Source of the DNA: the human T2T-CHM13v2.0 reference genome, Homo sapiens
Assembly (NCBI RefSeq): GCF_009914755.1
Contig: NC_060931.1
Length of the DNA: 64,000 bases
Reading direction: 5' to 3' (one strand)
Under the pieces are notes generated by a model. That model ran no database searches. It saw only the letters and a list, made by a program, of their open reading frames with translations, and was not told the origin of the DNA. Of this stretch, positions 51,874 to 64,000 are shown piece by piece (the first letter of the stretch is position 1; each line of letters starts with the position of its first letter). A program made the position numbers and the translations under genes.

Positions 51874-52683
51874 TGCCCTATCATAGTTTCCTGGGAACCA
51901 TGGTTTCTGAACACAGTAACTAGGGCTTGGGTATTTCAGTTAGCTTCCATTTGGAAATGGGAACAAGAATACCTGCTTCATAGGATTATTGTAAAGATGA
52001 AATGAAATCACATATGTAAAATGCCCAGCCTGTGCCTGCCATTTCTAAGTCATTAGAAAATTATAGATTTGAAGAGACAATTTGTATGGCAAATATTTTT
52101 AAAATACTAATGAAAATATATGTTAAGATTGAGGGTGTTTGAGGTTTTAAAAGGCAACGTTGAACATTCTCATAGCATATATATACTTTTCTAATCGATG
52201 TTTCGAGTAGGTTGTAGAACACACTATAAAAACTATTTGAACCTAAGGGGAGTGGGGAAGAGATGCAGACACTGGCAATCCAAGATAGAAAGCTATATTG
52301 TAACAGTCCTTGTGGTGATCATCTGTTGGCATCAGAGGCCCTGGGAAGTATGGTGTCTGTATTAGCACAGCTCTTACAGGACAAAAGCCTAGGGAAAATG
52401 GCCCAAAAACAGCAACTGGCATGTCGTAGAAAGGAAACACAAATGGCCTTTAAACTGGAAGAGAGGCTCGGTCTCACTTATAAAAAGGGAAGTACAACTT
52501 TAAAATATAGTGGAATGTCCTTTTTTTACCCGTCACTTTGGGAGAAAAAAAGCAAAGAGGTTGAGAATAGAATATACTGTTAGCAAGAGTATAGAAAAAC
52601 AGGAACCTCTCATATGTTGGTGGAAGGGCAGTTTTGTGATACCCATCAGAATTATGACCCAGCAATTTAAGTGCTAAAAATGT

Positions 52684-53003
<320 letters not shown>

Positions 53004-53464
53004 TAAAAATGTTATTATACAGAACAAATTATGCACTCACGTATACGTGTATGTTCAGTGGTAGTCAGTGAAGCATTATTTTTAGAAGCAAAAGACTGGA
53101 AATATCCAAGTGTTCAGTAATGGACTGGTTTAAATAATGGAGTTTTGCCCAACCATTAAAAAGAAATGAGGATAGAACTAAATGTGCTGATATCAGATGA
53201 TCTTCAATTATAAAGTAAGTGAAACAAAGTACAGAGTGGTGTCTGTAGCTTGCTGCCATGTGTTTTAAACACACATACATACACATTATCTATGTACACA
53301 TCATAAGGATATGTAAGACTCTGGTACCTGTGGTTGCCTCCAGAGAATTAAGCCACAGTTTATGCTTTTTTCACTGTAAATACCCTTGTGAACTTTTTGC
53401 CATATTCATGGACACTTGGCCCTCAAACAACACAGATTTGAGCTGTGCAGATTTTTTTTTCACA

Positions 53465-53673
53465 GATGCAGTCTGCCTCCATGTCGGTGGGCTCTGCATC
53501 CACAACCAAATGCAGACAGAGAATACAGCAGGATGTGAAACCTGCATATGCGGAGGGCTGGCTTTTTGCATCCATGTGTTCTGCAGGGCCAGCTGCGGGA
53601 CTTGAGTAGGTAGAGATTTTGGGATCCACGGGCATTCTGGAACCAATCCCCCATAGATACTGAGGTACGACTA
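53465..53673. mobile_element. MER2B-like Tigger MITE
   Basis: GGAACCAATCCCCCATAGATACTGAGG end motif. Confidence 0.6.
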
Positions 53674-53714
53674 TGTTACTTTTTCAAAAAATAAAAAATA
53701 AAATAAAGGTATAA

Positions 53715-54290
53715 GGCCGTTTTAGTTACTATGGCTGTATAACAAAGTACACCCCAGAACCTTTATGGGTAAAACAGTCATTTATTCTGCTTATACATTC
53801 TGTGGCCAAGAATTTGAACAGGGCACAGTGGAAATGGCTTGGCTCTGCTCTACAGTGTCTGCTGCCTCAGCTGAAAGCTTCAAGTCTAGGCACTGGAAAT
53901 ACCTAAACTTAGGTTCTGAAGGCTTGTTCGCACATGTCTGGCTCAGCCAGATGATGCTGGCCATTATCCAAGGATGCCTCAGTTCCTCTCCAGGTGGGCT
54001 CCTCCATGTGGCCTTTTCCATGTGTGCTAGTTTAGGCTTCCTCACAGCACAGTGGGCAGAGTCTCCAAGGGCAAGTGTCACAAGAGAAAAAGAACCAGGC
54101 AGAAACCATACGGCCTTTTATGACATAGTCTCTGAAGTTATGCAGCATTATTTCTACCTCATTCTACAGGTTGGAGATAGTCACAAAGTCTCACCTAGGT
54201 TGAGAAGGAAGGGGAATAGACTTCAGCTCTTGATGAAAAGTGGCAGGATTCTGGAAAAGCACATAGGAAACATTGCTGTGGCCAGTTTCA
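53715..54290 (-). mobile_element. Old MLT1 LTR
   Basis: AGTTACTATGGCTGTATAACAAA, GGCTCCTCCATGTGGCC motifs. Confidence 0.65.
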
Positions 54291-54779
54291 GTTAATACAG
54301 TCTGCAGTCGGTGGTCACCTGTCCAAAACAGAATTACATTAAACGAGGCTGCTTGTAAAGTGAGGTGCAAATCCATACTGAAGACTATAATTTCATGTAC
54401 TGCTACATCCTGCGGAGTGATTACCAGATAAAGTACCTCAGTGGCTACATAAAAGTCATTTGCAGCAACTATTCAATTTCCAGAATTAGGTTATACTTGT
54501 GTTTGTGGTTGTTTTCCTGAGGAAATAATCTAATAATCAGAAAAGCTAATATTTATTTGTGTTTATAAGAGCCAGGCACTGTGGTAAGTACCAACCATTT
54601 AATCCTTAATTGTGTGAGGCGTAGATACTCTTCTGATGCTCACTTTTTAGACAAGGAAGCTGCGGTGTGGGGAGATTACGTAACTGGCTCAAGGTCACGG
54701 GGTTCGTGGTGGCATCTGCAGCTTCTGGGTCTGGCCAACTCTGGCGCTCACATGCTCACATTCTTTCTTCAATATTTTA

Positions 54780-55106
<327 letters not shown>

Positions 55107-56134
55107 CTAGTGTATCTCCCATTTCTTATGTCATCCACTACTAGAAGCCTGATCACAAATTTTCAGGAATAGCAAGTGTTATTTCCTTTTATTAAATTGT
55201 GAAGTGTCATGCTTTGTCACAGAACAAATGCTAGCTCTCCATAAGATCATTGGCTCATGCGTTATCCTCATCTGGAGTCCAAATAGACCATTAGGTGGAA
55301 GTTTCAAAGATGCAGATTTTAAATCTAGTCATGAAAAAGTGTCATAGCCACCAGAGCTGGGGCATGGCATGTCTCAGGAAGCCATGCTTGTCACAGAGGA
55401 ATCACTCCGAGGCTAAAGGAACATCTGGGCAATCCTACTTGTGTACTCATTGGATTCATTCAGTGACCTTGTTATTATCCTTCTAGCTAAATGCTCTGGG
55501 TCTTAATTCACGACTCCAAGGTTGCTCTTGATTTTAAGGAACATTTTGGCAGAATAGAGAGAAGTTGAGCAAATATTAACAGATGTCCAAAGGGGCAGTG
55601 TGATTTATTATGTCAAGAGAATCAGTTTTATGTCGAGGGAAGAATTTTGGTAGAAATACACTGTATTTTTTGGAAAATATCATATTTGGGTTTTTTCATT
55701 GTATAAGTAATACATGGATACATGCTTATATAAAGAAAAATTCATAATATAGAAACATAAGGAGGAAAAATGAGTCATTTTTCTCCCATAGTTCACTCCT
55801 TTCCCCTCCCTTTCAGTAACCAGTGCTAACACGGGTGTGTCTTTCCAGACGTTAAAAGCAGTCATACATATCTCTAAGGGAAAGTTTGCATTTGCTTGTT
55901 TTTTCTTCCTGTATTAATAGGATTTGTGTATATATATACACACACGTAATATATTTTGTATCTGTATATATAGAGCATATTTCTGTGGTGCGCTTTTTAA
56001 ATTTTATGACAAATCCTACAGCTCTTCCATGTCACTGCATATAGATGTATCCACATTCTTTTTAAAACCACAAAGTATTCCATGGTTAGACTTTTCCATA
56101 ATTCAGCCATTTTCCTATTAATGACATTTATTTG

Positions 56135-56710
56135 TTACAGCAGTGTTCACAATAGCCAAGATACAGAACCAACCCAAGTGCCAACAACAGATGAATGGAT
56201 AAAGAAAATGTGATAGATATACACTATAGAGTACTATTCAATCATTGAAAAGGATGAAATCCTGTCATTCATGGCAATATGGATAGAACTGGAGACAATT
56301 AAGTGAAATAAGCCAGGAACAGGCAGTTAAACACTGCATGTTCTCATTCATATGTAAAAGCTTAGAAAAAGTTGATCTCATAGAAGTAAAAAATAGAACA
56401 GAGAATACTAGAGGCTGGAATGGGAGGGATAGGTAGAGATTTGTTAAATTATACAGAATTACAGCTAGATATGAGGAATGAGCTCTGGTGTACTATACTA
56501 TTGTAGATGACTATACTTAACAATAATGTATAGTTTCAAATACCTGAAAGGAGGATATTGAATGTTCCCAACACAAATAATAAATGATTGAGATGATGGA
56601 TGTGCTAATTACCCTGGTCTTAGTCACTGTACGTTATATGTTTCAAAACATCACTGTGTACTCTGTGAATATGTGTCAATTAAACAGACAAAATTCAATT
56701 GAAAATAAAA
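56135..56710 (+). mobile_element. L1MA-type 3' end
   Basis: CAATAGCCAAGATA...GAATGTTCCCAACACAAA...GCTAATTACCCTG motifs. Confidence 0.8.
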
Positions 56711-57434
56711 TCAGAAATTAAACCTTCATCTAGTTTCCTTTTCATAGTGATTTATCTGCATTAGAAAGCAATACTGGGAGTATTCCAATAATTACATTTA
56801 GTCAGAATCGAGACCTCCTGTCCTAGCTAGTTAGCCAGAGACTTGAAACAGAGGTCTTCTGAAATTCCTAGTCTCTGGGGAAATAGAATCACAACCACTA
56901 GGGGCAAAAACCCATGGCTTTTATGTCATCATTGTGTTCCGTTCTGTTGCATACTTTGTGTGTGGGTGTGTGTTTTATACTTTTTTCCCTTTAACCGTTT
57001 ATGCTCCTTCATGTTGGTCCTATGTCCGTTTGACTCAGCCCATTCATCTTTGATAGTTTCGTTGCTTTCTGACTTAAATTTTATGCTTCTTGCTGCAGAT
57101 CAGGAATCAGCCATTCATCTAAGGAACTCAGGTTCTGTTTAGGAGGAATGATATTTAGCAGCCACAGCATAGTTACATAATTTGCTTGTTGCTATTGTGT
57201 TGTCATTTTTCAGTGAATAGTTCTAGGAAATAGGTATTATTAAAAGAAAAAAATGTGATCATGTTGTTATTTCCAATTCAAATTTAACATTACAAATGTT
57301 TACATCTTTGATTTTGTACTTGTATCTTTTCTCTTACACTGAAGATCTTGGTTCCTAAATTACATTAACATAATTCCTCCCTTGCATTAATAAAATAGTT
57401 CCAAAAGAGCAACATTGCTGTCACAAACAAACTA

Positions 57435-57806
<372 letters not shown>

Positions 57807-57884
57807 CTATTCTAAAATAGATACTTTCTATGCTGTCTTATAGACCTTTGAAATAATTCCTCTAGTCAGTCTTACTTGTTTGTG

Positions 57885-58539
<655 letters not shown>

Positions 58540-59686
58540 TAATTTTATTTTTGAATACGTAAAACACCTATGTCTCTAAAGTAGAAATTCTATAACAAGA
58601 TACACTCAGAGATGCCTCACTCTTCCTTGTACCCTCCTCCCTTCTTCAAAATGAAATTGATTATTAGGGTTTGGTTTATTATTTCATTGTTCTTTGTGCA
58701 AGGGCGAACAAATCCATGTATACTCCTGCCCTACACACACACACAGGTAGCGCTCCATCTGCTATTCTGTGCCTTGCTTTTTTCAGACGCGTTAGGAAAG
58801 GCCACATCAGTCATGACATACACAGGCTTCTTTACTCACAGCACTCATTGTCGCTTTCATATTTCTTGCTTTAGTCTGAGTTTTTTAATTCTATAAGTAA
58901 AAACATTTTTTAAATCCAGAATTCAAAAGTGATCATAAAAGTTATTCCTCCTTTTATCATATACTCTCAGCCGTTTATGTGGAGTAGGAGTGTGAGTGTG
59001 TAGCCTTCCAGACCCTTCTGTGTTACAGAACAGAGGAATTTCTTATTGAAATTTAACTTTGAATTGTTATACTCGTAATTTTCTTAGTTACTATGCTAAT
59101 ATCTCATTATTTACCGGTTCCTAGACATCAGACAAAAACTGATAAATTCTCAAATACAGAGTAACAGACAAAGTTGTTTCATAGTGTCTGGTATCAAGAT
59201 GATAAAGCATACACCCATCTTCCTCAGCTTCATTTCTAAAAATGGAACTGAGGAAACCAAGTTATGAAATATAATCAAATTATTAAATATAAATTTAAGC
59301 ATATATTATTAAATATAAATTAATAAAATACATTTATTGATTATAAACTACTTAAATATAATCCATTGAGTTCTATCTTTGGGTCTGTCATCACCTTATA
59401 GAACTTTTTAGACTTTTGTCTCGAAAACTGGAACAGAAAGATCAGGTTTTATTACATATGAACATTTTTACCATAAAGTGTAATTCAGAAAACTTCCTAG
59501 TTTCCTCCTTTTTTCAAGATACTAGGAAAATCAGGCTTTAGTTTTATGCTTTCCGCTCTGTACTCCCAAACAAGAGCTCTTAAATATTTATACTTCTGTT
59601 ACCCCCAAAGTTTACTGCTGTGATTTGGAGAAGTACCAAGTTCATGTATCTGTTTGCTTTATTTATCCTATTTTTTTTCTTTCTAG

Positions 59687-59809
<123 letters not shown>

Positions 59810-61690
59810 TCAAAGCCCAAACTCCTTTCTTATCTTGACCATACTAATAAATATAATTTATAAGCATTGCCATTGAAGGCTTAATTGACTGAAATTACTT
59901 TAACATTTTGGAAATTGTTGTATATCACTAAAAGCATGAATTGGAACTGCAATGAAAGTCAAATTTACTTTAAAAAGAAATTAATATGGCTTCACCAAGA
60001 AGCAAAGTTCAACTTATTTCATAATTGCCTACATTTATCATGGTCCTGAATGTAGCGTGTAAGCTTGTGTTTCTTGGGCAGTCTTTCTTGAAATTGAAGA
60101 GGTGAAATGGGGGTGGGGAGTGGGAGGAAAGGTGACTTCCTCTGGTGTTTATTATAAAGCTTAAATTTTATATCATTTTAAAATGTCTTGGTCTTCTACT
60201 GCCTTGAAAAATGACAATTGTGAACATGATAGTTAAACTACCACTTTTTTTAACCATTATTATGCAAAATTTAGAAGAAAAGTTATTGGCATGGTTGTTG
60301 CATATAGTTAAACTGAGAGTAATTCATCTGTGAATCTGCTTTAATTACCTGGTGAGTAACTTAGAAAAGTGGTGTAAACTTGTACATGGAATTTTTTGAA
60401 TATGCCTTAATTTAGAAACTGAAAAATATCTGGTTATATCATTCTGGGTGTGTTCTTACTGACACCAGGGGTCCGCTGCCCCATGTGTCCTGGTGAGAAA
60501 ATATATGCCTGGCACAGCTTTTGTATAGAAAATTCTTGAGAAGTAACTGTCCGCTAGAAGTCTGTCCAAATTTAAAATGTGTGCCATATTCTGGTTCTTG
60601 AAAATAAGATTCCAGAGCTCTTTGATCGCTTTTAATAAACTGCAAGTTCATTTTAAATGAAGGGCCAGCATATATACTTGCAAGATAATTTTCAGCTGCA
60701 AGGATTCAGCACCAGTTATGTTTGAATGAACCCTCCTTTTCTCTGAGATTCTGGTCCCTGGAAATCCCTTTCTGCTAGTGGTGAGCATGTAAGTGTTAAG
60801 TTTTTAATCTGGGAGCAGGGCATAGGAAGAAAATGTCAGTAGTGCTAATGCATTTTGCACTAGAACGCTTCGGGAAAATATTCATGCTTGCCATCTGTTC
60901 ATTTCTAAATTTATATTCATAAAGTTACAGTTTGATACAGGAATTATTAGGAGTAATTCTTTTCTGTTTCTGTTTATAATGAAGAACACTGTAGCTACAT
61001 TTTCAGAAGTTAACATCAAGCCATCAAACCTGGGTATAGTGCAGAAAACGTGGCACACACTGACCACACATTAGGCTGTGTCACCATTGTGTGGTGTACC
61101 TGCTGGAAGAATTCTAGCATGCTACTTGGGGACATAATTTCAGTGGGAAATATGCCACTGACCGATTTTTTTTTTTTCCTCTTTGCAGTGGGGCTAGGAC
61201 AGTTGATTCAACAAAGTATTTTTTTCTTTTTTCTCAGTCCTAATTTGAACAGGTCAAAGATGTGTTCAGGCATTCCAGGTAACAGGTGTGTATGTAAAGT
61301 TAAAAATAGGCTTTTTAGGAACTCACTCTTTAGATATTTACATCCAGCTTCTCATGTTAAATATTTGTCCTTAAAGGGTTTGAGATGTACATCTTTCATT
61401 TCGTATTTCTCATAGGCTATGCCATGTGCGGAATTCAAGTTACCAATGTAACACTGGCCAGCGGGCCCAGCAATCTCCATGTGTACTTATTACAGTCTTA
61501 TTTAACCAGGGGTCCTAACCACTAACATTGTGACTTTGCTTTGAGACCTTTCCTCTCCTGGGTACTGAGGTGCTATGAAGCCAACTGACAAAGATGCATC
61601 ACGTGTCTTAGGCTGATGCCACTACCCGATTTGTTTATTTGCAATTTGAGCCATTTAAAGACCAATAAACTTCCTTTTTTAAAATGTTTG
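59810..61690 (+). other. RALA: RALA 3'UTR (end approximate)
   Basis: Repeat-free AU-rich sequence from the stop codon to the distal poly(A) signal. Confidence 0.85.
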
Positions 61691-61710
61691 TGGTGTTACT
61701 TGATGTTTAC
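61664..61710 (+). terminator. Distal polyadenylation signal with GU-rich downstream element
   Basis: AATAAA at 61664-61669 followed by TGTTTGTGGTGTTACTTGATGTTT. Confidence 0.85.
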
Positions 61711-62301
61711 AATGTAACATGTAACATTCAAATGTATCAAATGAGGCATCTTTACCAAACAACTAAATCTTTTGAGCTCTCAGTTTGGAGACTTCTTTTG
61801 TGTAATGCCAGATTTCCTAAATAACAGTGTCAGCATTGCTCAGATTTAATCAAGGCTCAGAAATGGAAGGACTCGTGTACAACTACATTGAAGATATTCT
61901 ATGCCGTCATGAAATGACAAATGTGTACATTACTTTTAGAATGCTCCAAACTCTAGAATGAATAGGTGACAGCTTTATATTCATTTTCTAATCAGAATGA
62001 CCCCCAGAGACAATTTCCAAATTGTGGGAAGAATGACACCCTGTACCATTTCACCAAGCTTCAGGCCAACGTTTGATGTCTGGAGGGAAGCGTGGCCTAT
62101 TAACTATCGAATAGCCTGCAAGTTAGAAACAATCCAGCCCAATATTGAGCACAACCTTTCAAAATCTGGTTCATTTTAATTTCGTAACTCATAAGCAGTG
62201 CTAGAATGAGCACATTTAAGTAATAATTGGCATAATTTTAAATCTCATTGTGTGTACAGATCCTTAACACCAATATGGAATATGATGTTAAATACTATGC
62301 G

Positions 62302-62863
62302 TCATAATCCCAGCATTTTGAGAGGCCAAGGCAGGAGGTTTGCTTGAGCCCAAGAGTTCGAGACCAGCCTGGACAACATAGCCCCATTTACAAAAAAATT
62401 AAAAAATCAGCTGGGCATGGTCTTGCTCACCTGAAGGAGTTAGAAAGTCATGTCCCAAAATTTTGTGAGAAGAACGTAAAAATTTGGCAACTTTATGTTA
62501 CTACCTTAAGCTATCAAATCATTTACTAAAATTTCTGTAGAGGTTTCAGAGTAATCCAGTATCAGAAGTCTCCTTTAGGCGAAGTCTGTAATCCCAGCAC
62601 TTTGGGAGGCCATAGTGGGCAGATTGCTTGAGCCCAAGAGTGAAGACTAGCCTGGGCAACATGGTGAGACCTCATGTCTACAAAAAAATCAAAAAATTAA
62701 GCAGGCACAGTGACGCGCGCCTGTAATCCCAGCTACCAGGGAGGCTGAGGGAGGAGGATCCACTGAGCCCAGGATTTCAAGGCAGCATTGAGCTATGAAT
62801 AAGCCACTTCAGCCACTGGGGACAAAGTGAGACCCTATCTGTATTTAAAAAAAAAAAAAAAAA
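62302..62863 (+). mobile_element. Alu left-arm fragment (62302-62430) and truncated AluJ (62586-62863)
   Basis: Alu motifs. Confidence 0.8.
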
Positions 62864-64000
62864 GCCTCCTTTGGTGTCTGAAGTCAAGAATGGCAAGTCA
62901 GTAGAGGTCTTTGTGCCTTTAGTATTCAATAGATTTTGATGGACTGCCTGCTCTGGGTTCGGCTGGGAATACGCAGGTGAAGGACAAACAGGCGTAAGGG
63001 ACAATTGCAGAGATTCATACTGAAGAAAGTACCCCATGTATAAGGAGAGGAAGTGAAGTTTCAAAAAGATTAGAGGTTGTCTCATTCTCCTTATGCCGAA
63101 CTAGGCCCCCTATTTCTTAATGATCGTCAATCCATATAATATTAGCAAACAGTACATCTGACATGCAAGATACTGTATTTTTATATATCTAAATTTAATA
63201 CTTAACCCAATGAGGTAGATAGTGCCATTAATCCTTACTTTGCAGTTGTTGGAACTGAGGCATGGAGAATTTGAATAACTTCCCCAAGGCCACAGAACTG
63301 GTCATTATTAAGTGAGATTGGAAGCAAAGTAGTCTGGCTCTGAGTCCGTGCTCTTATTAATCACTGCACAGTGGAGAAGCAACAGAATGGAGCTCAGATT
63401 ACAGTTAGTTATTGCCTATACTAAAGTGGGAAACACCCGAGATTTCCCCAGGGCTGCAGCCTCTTGAATGACTGAAAGCTTGCAGATGTTGCTGTGTGAA
63501 TGGGAAAGAGGCTTCTTGTGCTTGCAGCCTGGTTGCTAAGAGGATCAAGAGCCAAGAGGCAAAACCTTGTGCAGAGCTCAGCTGTGGAGCCAGGGCTGAC
63601 TCTGCTTTTTCCATAACATCAGTAAAGAGGCAGCATTCCTTTGGCAGCCCAGAGCTTTCCTCCCATATTTTTTTAACTGCAAAATCATTTCAGTCCTCTA
63701 CTGTAGCAGTTCTGCATGCAGCTACTGTAGACAATACCTTGTGGGTGCACGGCAAATGGGCAGGAAGTGAGGTTTGGTCATCTATTCTCAATCAGGACCC
63801 AGGCACCATTGATGGGGCTGGGGACAGGGTGGAGGAACAGTTAACATCTGTTTAAGAGAGGATATGAGACACATGAAAACTTGCAAGGCTAATCTGATAG
63901 AAAAACTGTCAGATATCTGATAAAAGATTGCTTTCATCAAAAGCCCCAAGGAAAATAAACAGAAAAGCATTTAGGTGCTTGCAAGCATATAGTACTTAGA

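Noticed and set aside
53765-54295. 176-aa ORF
   Set aside because: Lies within an old MLT1 LTR; no protein family resemblance
61050-61415. 121-aa ORF in the 3'UTR
   Set aside because: GTG start, poly-Phe from T tracts, no recognisable domain

Overview
This is primate (almost certainly human) genomic DNA: AT-rich, CpG-depleted and dense in repeats. It holds the 3' part of the RALA gene (Ras-like small GTPase) on the + strand. Positions 1-40194 are the distal part of the long first intron; the non-coding exon 1 and the promoter lie outside the window. Four coding exons (40232-40345, 43946-44154, 50249-50423, 59687-59809) splice via GT-AG junctions into a 621-nt, 206-aa ORF ending in CCIL. A ~1.9-kb 3'UTR follows, with AATAAA at 61664. 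The rest is mostly transposon sequence. Highlights are a near full-length Tigger2 carrying a complete THE1C element and a tiny TSD-flanked insert, a young L1 with a twin-priming inversion and an unusual GCG/A 3'UTR signature, an AluYb8, an L1PA6-like copy, an MSTA LTR inside an AluJ, a MADE1 hairpin and a 29-nt Y1 RNA retrocopy. Nearly all ORFs in the supplied track are repeat-derived or spurious. I see no new multi-gene system. The best leads are RNA-processing hypotheses: a stop-free in-frame 87-nt cryptic exon with a hairpin next to a (UG)n tract, textbook splice acceptors inside the 3'UTR, and young inverted retroelement pairs bracketing coding exons. Repeat subfamily names come from remembered consensus sequences, not from a search; boundaries without a stated TSD are approximate.
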